DNA of 64,000 nt from Carpediemonas membranifera BICM (taxonomy: Eukaryota > Protista > Fornicata), in contig JAHDYR010000069.1 of the NCBI GenBank assembly GCA_019828565.1, positions 434,001-498,000 on the forward strand. Reading direction: 5' to 3'. Below are positions 1-9,213 of the stretch, piece after piece. A program made the translations under genes and the position numbers. The notes under the pieces were generated by a model. It ran no database searches. It was not told the DNA's origin and saw only the letters and a program-made list of their open reading frames with translations. The stretch's first letter is position 1; every line of letters starts with the position of its first letter.

Positions 1-1635
1 CCCCTGTTTGCCGTGCGGACCACCACATGCTACGACTTTACCATGGAGCTACTGGGGGAGATGGGCGGCAGGATGTTTGACCCGATATGCTTCACCGACG
101 TCACCAGCCGGGGAAGGGACTCAGCTATTACCACGCAGCACTCTGGGAACCAGGACTACCTCGCCCAGATCAGGCTGGACACAGGCACTATTTACCATAC
201 ACATGGGCTCATCGATAACCCGATCCTGACCGCCTCGTCCTATCTGACACACCACGAGAGTCTCATCACCAACTTCAAGCTGATCTCGGACAGCAGCAGT
301 GGACGGCCGTCCAGGCTGTTCTTCATAGGGTGTGGCGGGACTATTATTGACTTCACCCACCTCGATCTAATCAAAAGATTAGGGCCAAGGTCACCCGGGG
401 ATAGACACATCGTGTTCATGAAGGGCAAGCACGACAGCGATAAGATGGCCCGCGTGGTACACCGGTGCGGGCTGTCGGACTACCTCACGGTGGTCGAATA
501 TCGCGAGTACCATGACTTGTTCGGCACCAGACTCGTGTCAGACGCCAAGGCCACAGAGTTCAGCAAGTTCGATGACCGGTGGATGGCGGCCAGGCGCAGG
601 CCCAACGAGCATTGGCTCAATGGCCCCGTGACCCTGCCGCCGGTCACGGGGTACTCGGTGAGTGTGCCGGGGGGTGTGCTCTTCATCCCCAGCAGGGGGC
701 CGATCTACATCCCGCGGGAGGGGCGGCCATTCAGACTGTTCTTGTGCAGAAACACTCAAATTTTTGGATTTGATATGGAATCTGACGAGATTGTGCAGGA
801 TCTGGGATTTGATACTCATATTGCCCCAGATGGTGTTCGCCACTGCGGGGACTCAATCCTGGTCGAAACCACGACCACGGGCAAATCCTCGACCAACGGA
901 TACAGTCTAATCTGGTCCATCTCCCTTTCCACACCCAACTGGCAGATCGTTGCCGAGATTGCACCAGAGGACACAGACCTCAGACGCCGCTGGAACCAGC
1001 TGTGGCGCGCCCTCCCGTCTAGCCGCATCCTTGGCCTTGAGGCCCTCTTCATTGTCGAGCCAAGCCACGTCATAAGACCTCTGGCTGGCCCCAAGGGCAC
1101 CATATGCACTGTGCCCACTGCCGACCCGACGAAGATGGCTGTGTTGTACCCAGCGCCAGTGGGGTCCCACCTCATGCTGTTCGAAGACGACTCTCCCGCT
1201 GACGGCGGATTCGAGAGTCCGGAAGTGGGTTTGATCCTTTCAAAACAATATGTGATCATCACTGACTACTACGTCATTGTGGCCGTCCGGGACAAGGAGA
1301 GCATGCCGTACGACCGTGGAGCGATCACCGCCATCCTGACGTTTGATCGTAGCAGCCCCAAGAACATGTGGCGGCGCGTTCTTTCGATCGACAAGCAGGG
1401 GATCACCTCTGCGAAACTCCGGGCGCTTTGGGGCACTGTTTGGCGTCGCCTCAGCCCCGCCACTGTAGCTGGAGTCATTGACGATGACCAGCACCGCATG
1501 GAGCTGCTGCGGATGGCCATACGACACCAGCCGCTGCAGCGAGTGCTGGGGACGAGCTGGCTGGCGCAGTATTTGGTCGACATTCACGGGTGCTCGTTGC
1601 TTGAATTACTTGAGATCAGACGCGGCGGCAAGTGA
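1..1635 (+). CDS. Hypothetical protein (>540 aa), probably 5'-truncated by the window edge
   Basis: Long ORF open from base 1 to TGA at 1635; no recognisable motif. Confidence 0.6.
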   Translation, partial: PLFAVRTTTCYDFTMELLGEMGGRMFDPICFTDVTSRGRDSAITTQHSGNQDYLAQIRLDTGTIYHTHGLIDNPILTASSYLTHHESLITNFKLISDSSSGRPSRLFFIGCGGTIIDFTHLDLIKRLGPRSPGDRHIVFMKGKHDSDKMARVVHRCGLSDYLTVVEYREYHDLFGTRLVSDAKATEFSKFDDRWMAARRRPNEHWLNGPVTLPPVTGYSVSVPGGVLFIPSRGPIYIPREGRPFRLFLCRNTQIFGFDMESDEIVQDLGFDTHIAPDGVRHCGDSILVETTTTGKSSTNGYSLIWSISLSTPNWQIVAEIAPEDTDLRRRWNQLWRALPSSRILGLEALFIVEPSHVIRPLAGPKGTICTVPTADPTKMAVLYPAPVGSHLMLFEDDSPADGGFESPEVGLILSKQYVIITDYYVIVAVRDKESMPYDRGAITAILTFDRSSPKNMWRRVLSIDKQGITSAKLRALWGTVWRRLSPATVAGVIDDDQHRMELLRMAIRHQPLQRVLGTSWLAQYLVDIHGCSLLELLEIRRGGK

Positions 1636-1777
1636 TGTAATTATGTAACACTTACACGGATAAATACTACGGTTTAGGAGTCCGGCGATGCGGGTGACTT
1701 GGACGATCGGTAAGTCAGGGTGCAGTTTAACCGGGCACCTGTCACAGGGACTACTATTTTGATCAATTCCTGTCAGC

Positions 1778-4225
1778 ATGATGCTTATACGGTTATTCTT
1801 TCGACCTCAAGTGTTACTGACGATTATACTTGCAATTCCGCTTCTCACTACCGCTGTTCAAGTCGCATTATTACTCTACCATCGAAAGAACCGCAATGCG
1901 TCCGTATGGTCAAAAATTCTGACCGTCCTCCGCGCGCAATACGTTTCTTTAATCGATATACTCACTTTTGGGCCGCTATACCGTTTCATAGGCCGTCTTT
2001 TCGTCTGCACCGGCCATGACGCTCACGCCCTCATCTACGGCGACACCCCCACGGCCATGGCCTTCGGTGCCCATGCCCACACCGTCCGCGCGGGCGAGAA
2101 CGCGGCGTTTTACTTAGCCTGCAACATCAACACAGCTGCCATCGCCGTCAGCCGCGACACGGCCATCCAGGTTCGAAGCAGCAGGGAATCCCAGGCTCTA
2201 GCGACGAAGTACGTCTCTGATGAGGTCTGGCAGGTGTCGATAGATGCTCCTGTTCAGCCAGGCTCCTTCTCGCTCACGTTCCACCCTGACGAAACCGTCC
2301 TCGAGGCATGGGGCAAGGCCTTCAGTTGGACAGTCGCGAGACACCTCAAGAAGGCCGCACTACACGCGCCAATGGGCACAGCCGACGTCTCGGTCATCGC
2401 GGGCAGGGTTAGCTCAGAGTCGACCCTGGAAGTTGAGCGGGAGGTGGCCATCCTGACTCAGAAGGTGAGACTATTCGTATCACCCCGGGATCGGTTCGGG
2501 AATGACACGAATCTAGAGTCCGGGTTTAGATTTAGAGTGACTGATAGAGATTCGAGGGCATCTCAAGATATGGAGATTGTGCCAGACTCACTCGAGCACA
2601 CAGTGCTTGGAGTGAAAGCAATCATCGCCCACACGAACATCGGGGATGACACCGCCCTCTGCATCACCCTGCAATCGCCCAAGTCATTCTGGGCCGATGT
2701 CCGCCTCGTCATCCCAGACGGCACCGCGCTGCCGCCGCAGACGGTGGTGTTCATGGATATCCGGGACCACAAGAAGCTTATGACTGACTCAAAGTGTCTA
2801 GACTTACCTGTGAGTTTGGACGGGCGCTTGATCAAGGTAGGGGCCAGGCATGGCAGGCTGGTGTTCAATAAGAGCAAGCTGAGCTTTTTCATGGTGTTTA
2901 CAGGGAGTAGGGTGTACAGCGTGGATCTGACACAGCACTTGACCGTCATTTACAACGAAGCGGTCGTGCGGCGTCCACGCGATATACCCGGCAAGTCATT
3001 CAAGCTGAAAGTCGGCGACAGCACACTATCCCTCAAGTTCAACTCAGACGCCCACGGCCAACGGGTCCTGGCCCAGCTGCTGGTGTTCCCGCTCGCCAAC
3101 AGTGACGCCGTGCTCGATGTGTGGCCCACACGCCAGCATGAGCTTAACGAGAACCTTGTCGAACGCCACCGCGACTTCCAGAGACAGGAACGGCACCGCG
3201 TGGACGTGCGTCGAGACGCAGTGGTCGCCTCCCTCGCCGCTGTCCCCGCCCATGTTCTGTCCGGCCCCCTCCGTGTGAACTTCGCCAACGAGGCGGGGAT
3301 AGACTGCGGCGGACTTACCCAGGAGCTGCTGAGCCTCGCCGTAGAGCAGGTGTTCGCTCCGCCGTTCTTTGAACTCCAGGAGGGCTATCTCTGCGTCTGC
3401 CCGGTCTGGCCCAAGGTCGCTGCCCCAGACCACGCATACGCCCTTGCAGGCAGACTCATGGCCCTTTCCTTACTTCAACAGCGGCCACTGGGCATGGCGT
3501 TCGGTCGTGGTGTGCTCCGGGCCATCATGGGCCAGGCCCCGACCGTCTCGGACCTCCTGGCCGAGTATGGTAGTGTTGCCGAGTACTATCTGGCACCCAT
3601 CCTCGAGAACCCAGAGGACAGCCGCTTCGTCTACGTGGAGGAGGCTATGAAGGACGGCGATGTGGTCAGCACCTCGGTCGAGCTGTGCGCCAAGGGGGCG
3701 AAGAAGCGGGTGGCGGGGAACGAGCTTTTGTTCCAGCAGATGTTCGCCGAGTATTGGCTGAACGGGAGGGTCAGGCGCCAGCTGAGCCTCATTGTAGCTG
3801 GGTTCGACGAGGTGGTTCAGCTCAAGACGGTGAGAAGGTTCGTCCTCAGGACGAGCGAGCTGGGGGAGCTTTTCATGCGGTCTGTCCCCCTAGACCTCGA
3901 TGATCTCAAGGCGCACATGCAATATTCGAACGCGGAACCTGGTAGTCCTCTCGTCCACCGCTTCTGGTCTGCGGTGGAGGCACTGACTGATGACGACAGA
4001 ATCGCCCTGCTCACCTTCTTCACAGGCCGTACCCAGCCTCCAGTGGGCGGGTTTGCGAAACTATCGCCCAAGCCCGCGCTGATGCTGGCAGCAAGCACCA
4101 CTGGCCTCCCCCGAGGTCGAACATGCGGCAACGTCCTCGAGATCCCCCGGTACCGCACGGAGGGGGAGATGAAGCGGGGTCTTGCCGTGGCTGTGGTCAA
4201 TTGCCGGGGGTTCGGGTTCGCCTAA
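1778..4225 (+). CDS. HECT E3 ubiquitin ligase with N-terminal TM segment and filamin/Ig-like repeat (AREL1-like architecture)
   Basis: HECT motifs LRVNFANEAGIDCGGLTQE, LLTFFTG and LPRGRTCGNVLEIPRY...GFGFA with catalytic Cys; filamin-type PRDRFGN; hydrophobic N-terminus. Confidence 0.88.
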   Translation: MMLIRLFFRPQVLLTIILAIPLLTTAVQVALLLYHRKNRNASVWSKILTVLRAQYVSLIDILTFGPLYRFIGRLFVCTGHDAHALIYGDTPTAMAFGAHAHTVRAGENAAFYLACNINTAAIAVSRDTAIQVRSSRESQALATKYVSDEVWQVSIDAPVQPGSFSLTFHPDETVLEAWGKAFSWTVARHLKKAALHAPMGTADVSVIAGRVSSESTLEVEREVAILTQKVRLFVSPRDRFGNDTNLESGFRFRVTDRDSRASQDMEIVPDSLEHTVLGVKAIIAHTNIGDDTALCITLQSPKSFWADVRLVIPDGTALPPQTVVFMDIRDHKKLMTDSKCLDLPVSLDGRLIKVGARHGRLVFNKSKLSFFMVFTGSRVYSVDLTQHLTVIYNEAVVRRPRDIPGKSFKLKVGDSTLSLKFNSDAHGQRVLAQLLVFPLANSDAVLDVWPTRQHELNENLVERHRDFQRQERHRVDVRRDAVVASLAAVPAHVLSGPLRVNFANEAGIDCGGLTQELLSLAVEQVFAPPFFELQEGYLCVCPVWPKVAAPDHAYALAGRLMALSLLQQRPLGMAFGRGVLRAIMGQAPTVSDLLAEYGSVAEYYLAPILENPEDSRFVYVEEAMKDGDVVSTSVELCAKGAKKRVAGNELLFQQMFAEYWLNGRVRRQLSLIVAGFDEVVQLKTVRRFVLRTSELGELFMRSVPLDLDDLKAHMQYSNAEPGSPLVHRFWSAVEALTDDDRIALLTFFTGRTQPPVGGFAKLSPKPALMLAASTTGLPRGRTCGNVLEIPRYRTEGEMKRGLAVAVVNCRGFGFA

Positions 4226-4430
4226 AAAACCTAGAAAACGAGTGAGCGACATGCGTCTTGGCGGAACAGGCCTGGTTGGGGCGGCAGAGCTCGTTGACCG
4301 GGGGCTTGGGACGGGTAAAGGCGTTGATACTTGGCAAGAAGGCTCGCGGCAGCTGATCCAGTTGATTGACGAATGACGACCGTCGATAATTATAGAATCG
4401 AACGCATATTGAGTAGTATCGGAGTGAGTC

Positions 4431-5663
4431 ATGCTGTTAGAAGAACAACTGAGCTTCCTCAACGACGCAGACCCGATACTATCACTCTGGCTCTTCGTTA
4501 CCGGCTTCTTCGTTGGTTGCATTGCCGCGTTATTCGGTGTTGGTGGTGGAACAGTCACTGTGCCGGCGATGACGATCCTGTTCGGCGTAGACGGCCTTGC
4601 GGCCACTAATATATCAACTGGCGCGATCGTATTCACGTCTACGAACTCATTCTACAAAATGGTGCGTCAGCGCCGTGTTTCGTTCGCCGCCGGCATCCCG
4701 TTCGTCATCTTCGCTGTTCCTGGCTCCATCATCGGCAGTCTGCTCGCCACGTTCATCCCCAGAGCCTCTATTCTCCAGGCGACCTTTTCAGTTTTCATGC
4801 TCAGTCTCGCCATCATCAAGCTCACCAGCATCGGCGGGAGCACGCTGACCAAACTCCTGCGCGTCATCAGGAAACGCAGAGGCGCCAAGGTCTACCCCGC
4901 AGTAGACGGTAGCACAGCTGGGACATCTGTGATTATCACCATCGGGACCACCGACTCCGTGACGTCCGACTCGTCCGACTCAGAGGAGACTTTAGACGTG
5001 ACTGAGGTCATCCCAGACGACGACGCCAGCCAGGGCAGCGCTGCAGAGATCAACGAGTCGGACGAAGAGCCCCTTGACTCTGCCTCGGAGGACGGCCGTG
5101 TTGCAGACGGCGAGGTCAGCGTGAGTCTGGACGAGCCTGTCTCGACCCAGCCCGAGTCAAGTCTGTTCGTCGGGCACAAGGGCAGCGTGCCCCGAATGGT
5201 GGCCAAGGCATACTGCTCATGCCTCAAGATGACGCTCCGCAGACCGTGGCGCGTCCATCATGTTGCCCTGCCCGACCTGGACGAGCCTATGATGCTCTGG
5301 CCCACCCTGCCGCTGTGTACTCTGGCAGCCGCCATGGGTGCCTTCATCGGCATGTCCGGCGGGGTCATCTTCGTCCCGCTGCTGACGATGCTGGCTAAAC
5401 TGCCCGCCGCCAAGGCCATCCCGGTCTCGACCATGGCTATCTGGTTCTCCATCTGGTTCGCCGCGGCGACCCGGCTGCTACTCGCGTCCATGGACTTCTA
5501 CTACGTCGTCCCCATTGGAATCGGGTCCGTGTTCGGCAGCTCTTTTGCACTCAACTCTTTTGGTAAGCTCGACAGCGGTGTGTTGCTCGCTGTGTTTTGG
5601 CTTCTGTGCATGTCGTCGGCGCTTCAGATGGGGTATGTGGCGGTCGAGGATCTATTTTTCTAG
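4431..5663 (+). CDS. TauE/SafE-family sulfite exporter-like membrane protein with long acidic central loop
   Basis: Duplicated motif GVGGGTVTVP / GMSGGVIFVP, multiple TM helices. Confidence 0.85.
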   Translation: MLLEEQLSFLNDADPILSLWLFVTGFFVGCIAALFGVGGGTVTVPAMTILFGVDGLAATNISTGAIVFTSTNSFYKMVRQRRVSFAAGIPFVIFAVPGSIIGSLLATFIPRASILQATFSVFMLSLAIIKLTSIGGSTLTKLLRVIRKRRGAKVYPAVDGSTAGTSVIITIGTTDSVTSDSSDSEETLDVTEVIPDDDASQGSAAEINESDEEPLDSASEDGRVADGEVSVSLDEPVSTQPESSLFVGHKGSVPRMVAKAYCSCLKMTLRRPWRVHHVALPDLDEPMMLWPTLPLCTLAAAMGAFIGMSGGVIFVPLLTMLAKLPAAKAIPVSTMAIWFSIWFAAATRLLLASMDFYYVVPIGIGSVFGSSFALNSFGKLDSGVLLAVFWLLCMSSALQMGYVAVEDLFF

Positions 5664-5905
5664 ATATGGGATATATACCAATAAAATACCACGGCGAGTC
5701 GCAGGGTAGGTCAAGGATCGTCTGCTGTGGTCAGCCACCTCGCTGTTCCTTGCCTCTGGGGTGAGGCCAGAGAACTGCTCCCAACCCCCGACCCGTCCTC
5801 ATCAATTGATTATATGCCTGGCGTAGATACTATAACCCTCCCACACAGCCAAGCAGAGCCCCGCCAGCCATGGTACCGCGGCGACGCTAACCTGCATGGT
5901 CCGAG

Positions 5906-6709
5906 ATGGTTGAGAGCATGCTTGAGAACAAGAGAGACAACATCGAGGAAGTCTATGGCATCATATGTGCCGAGCAAGGTGAGATTGATAACCTCTCCAA
6001 GGACATCAAGGACCACACCGAGACTGAGATCGCCAGCCGCATTTTCATGCAGGGCACCCTCTACGGCCGCCAGGTTGTCCTCGTTCTCTGCCGCCCCGGC
6101 AAGGTTGCTGCTTCTATCACCGCTACCCTTCTGATCAAGCAGTTCAACGTCGACAAGCTCCTCTTTGTGGGTGTTGCTGGCTCAACGCACCCTGACGTCC
6201 ACATCGGCGACATCGTCGTCGGCACCGAGTGCTCCCAGCACGACCTCGACGTCCGCCCCTTCCGCAAGCAGTACGAGGTTCCCGAGCTCGGCGTCACCTT
6301 CTTTGAGTCCGCTCTGGCCGAGAAGTTCTCCGAGGCTGTTTCCGCCTTCCTCGCTGGCAGCTTTAAGTCCGAGTTCGCCGAGTCCAACCTCGACATGTTC
6401 GATATCACCGTCCCCACCCTCCACAAGGGCCTCATCGTCTCCGGGGACCAGTTCATCGCCTCCAAGGAGGTCAAGAGCGCCATTGTCAAGGGCTACACCG
6501 AGATCCACAGCCACACGCCCCTCGCCTGCGAGATGGAGGGCGCCGCTGTGGCACAGGTGGCATATGAGATGGGCTGCCCTGCTCTCGTTGTCCGTGTCAT
6601 CTCGGACGAGGCCAATGATAAGTCCCTCGACGACTTTGGCGCCTTCCTGACCAAGTGCTCTGGCCCTGTCATCGGAGCTATCGTCCGCGAGTACTTTTTC
6701 AGCCTCTAG
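5906..6709 (+). CDS. mtnN: 5'-methylthioadenosine/S-adenosylhomocysteine nucleosidase (bacterial Pfs type)
   Basis: GKVAA, FVGVAG, IGDIVV, QHDLDV, SGDQFI, EMEGAAVAQVA and RVISDEA motifs. Confidence 0.93.
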   Translation: MVESMLENKRDNIEEVYGIICAEQGEIDNLSKDIKDHTETEIASRIFMQGTLYGRQVVLVLCRPGKVAASITATLLIKQFNVDKLLFVGVAGSTHPDVHIGDIVVGTECSQHDLDVRPFRKQYEVPELGVTFFESALAEKFSEAVSAFLAGSFKSEFAESNLDMFDITVPTLHKGLIVSGDQFIASKEVKSAIVKGYTEIHSHTPLACEMEGAAVAQVAYEMGCPALVVRVISDEANDKSLDDFGAFLTKCSGPVIGAIVREYFFSL

Positions 6710-6948
6710 AGGGTTGGATTTATAAAAATCGGATCATTCGAGCCGTCTATTCAATTTTTTGAGATTTAGTGTTATGCAGCGAGATTGAGTGGATCAAACG
6801 TCACTCATATGATTGGGCAGGGTGGGCGTATCGGGCGCTCCCCTTACTCTTCCCTTACAGTTGAAGATCGAGAGTGATCTCGCGATTTGAGATTTTGACC
6901 CATGCCACCAAACAACACTTTTACTCGCGGATCACTGGTTCAATCACA

Positions 6949-7761
6949 ATGAACGCATGCATTCTCTCAGCTATCTTTCTTCTATTCATTAGTACTGTCT
7001 ATGCCACAGATTGCTTGACCTATGGTACGTAGCCTTCGTTTCTTCATTATTCAGGCATTGTCGTCAACGCCACGGCCCACGATACATACGATAACATCAC
7101 AGTCAGCTACAATGTCGTCCCTTCATGCTGGTACTCGTCCATGGCCTCCGACAGCGTCTACTTCTATCTTTCCGACTCCAATGGCGGCTACATGTCCGAC
7201 GGGACCGACGTCTCCTATCTCGCCAACATTTACTACCCTGAACCGTCTGGCGACACCGTCTTCTTCGACTTCTCTGACTACTTTGGCGACAAGAAGTACA
7301 TTTGCGTGGGTGTAGGCGCCACTGACGCCTACGGCTGCACTGAGAACACTATCACCATCGGCGAGCCGGTCCACTGGGCTGCCCTCGTCCTGGTCGGCTT
7401 CATCGTGCTCCTCTTCTTCTGCTCCCCGTGCCTCGTCTGCTGTGTCATCTCCGTCAAGGTCGTCATCATCGTTGGCGCTTTCATGTTCTGCATCTCTCTC
7501 AGCCAGAAGCGCCACAACAAGTACAAGCAGACCATGCTCTCTGGCCCGGCTCCCCAGGCATACACCTCTATCGGCGGACCTCCCGCCTTCAACCAGGCCT
7601 CCGTCCCCATCCCTACCGCCCAGCAGCCCCAGCAGCACTATCCCACACCCAGCTACCAGCCCGCTACATACGGCCAGACGCCCCAGACGTATGCCCAGGC
7701 CCAGTATAACCCGTACGGCGGCCAGGCCCCGCCCCCGCCTCAGGGTGACAGGTACTACTGA
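6949..7761 (+). CDS. Signal-peptide membrane protein with Cys-rich TM region and Pro/Gln/Tyr-rich tail; 2 exons (6949-7024, 7055-7761)
   Basis: MNACILSAIFLLFISTVYA signal peptide joins the 7141 ORF in frame after removing a 30-nt intron GTACGT...TTCAG (7025-7054) that contains an in-frame stop. Confidence 0.75.
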
Positions 7762-7911
7762 GCGGTGAGTGGTTTGATCGTAAATTGATTACCCATGCTC
7801 AAGAAGAAGGAGCTGGGGTCGGATTTTGGACCATTGGCTGCTTGGCCATGTTCTTGATGAGTGGCTGGCCGGCGACGCGAGCCCTGCGGCTACATATTTG
7901 AGTAAATGTGT

Positions 7912-8997
7912 TTAAAAATCGAAAGAGAGGGAAAGGGGCTCGAAAGGGAGCTCGGCCTCCTGGGAGGAGTTGAAGTCGGCCACGCTGTCGTCCAGGAGCA
8001 TGCTGGCCAGATCCACAGGGGCGGGGACGGCACTGGGCTCGAGGGCAGGCACGTGCGGCAGCTCGTAGAAGAGCGTGATGACGGCGCGCGTGTTCGTCGA
8101 GTTGTACGCCACGCTGATGCGGTCAGACTCGAGCGCGTCGGCGATGGTCAAGCCATCCTCCTCGGCAAGGCTAGCGGAGCCGACAGTTGGGAAGATTTGA
8201 AGCGGCAGCGTGGCGAGCACGGAGGAGTTGGCGGCTGCGTCGCCCGCCTTGCACTCGCGGGTCCACCTGGACCGCAGGTGGGAGACAAGCTGGCACACGT
8301 TTGTCGACAGCATGCTCGCGGGGATCGCGAAGCGGGGCTCGACTGTAGCTCTGCAATTCCGGACAAACTGGGCTGCCTTCGACTCGGCGCCGCGTCTAGG
8401 CTCCAGCCGCACTCTGAAATCGCATTCGGCAGGGCTGGAGGGACGCGTGCTGGGCGTCGCGGTGCCCGGAGTGAGGGGCGTCATCAGGCCCCGGCCCATG
8501 ACCGCACCAGTGTCGATGGCGCGGATGGGTGTCGCCGGCTCGATGGGGCGCATGGTGCGGGACTCCATGGCGGCCCGCTTGGCGGCCTTGTCCCTGTTGG
8601 CGATGTTGAGCTGTTTGAGCACATCCGAGACGCGGTCGGCGATGCGCTGAAGCATCTCCTGGCCCTCAGGCGCAGTGGAGAACGCGAGGTTGACGGTGTA
8701 CTTCTTCAGGCCCGACCGCTTGAACTCGACAAGCGTGTGGCGGAACTCGCGGAGGATGATGAAGCAATGCGCGCGGTTGTGGTGGTCGGGGACAAATTGG
8801 CCGCAGTATGGCCTTATCTGAGAAGCTAGAGTGCGCGCAGTGCTCTTGTAGATGATCTTGGCCTCCTGGCTGGTGAGATACCTTTGTGCTTTGGTGGTAA
8901 GGCCGCTGCAGATGGCCTCCCAGTTTCCAGCCTTGTGGCGGATGATATTCTCGATCAGTTGCATGCGTCCTTTCGCTGATTCTACGTTTCCTTGCAT
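7912..8997 (-). CDS. Hypothetical protein
   Basis: ~360-aa ORF from first ATG (MQGNVESAK); no motif recognised. Confidence 0.6.
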   Translation of the reverse strand: MQGNVESAKGRMQLIENIIRHKAGNWEAICSGLTTKAQRYLTSQEAKIIYKSTARTLASQIRPYCGQFVPDHHNRAHCFIILREFRHTLVEFKRSGLKKYTVNLAFSTAPEGQEMLQRIADRVSDVLKQLNIANRDKAAKRAAMESRTMRPIEPATPIRAIDTGAVMGRGLMTPLTPGTATPSTRPSSPAECDFRVRLEPRRGAESKAAQFVRNCRATVEPRFAIPASMLSTNVCQLVSHLRSRWTRECKAGDAAANSSVLATLPLQIFPTVGSASLAEEDGLTIADALESDRISVAYNSTNTRAVITLFYELPHVPALEPSAVPAPVDLASMLLDDSVADFNSSQEAELPFEPLSLSFDF

Positions 8998-9213
8998 ATT
9001 GGTGGTTTTCGTTCTGGCGCGCCGACAATTGCAAAACGCGCGCTCATCAAATGACCAATCAAATCTCAAGATTGCGCCATTTCGTGAAGCCAGCCAAACA
9101 CAGGGAAACGTCAAAACTACCCAGCACCGCTTCCCTGCGATCGGCTCGGTCTCTGGCTTGAGTCGATTCTCCTTTCAACGCCACTTGAACCAGAGTAATT
9201 GTGCTTTAAAAAC

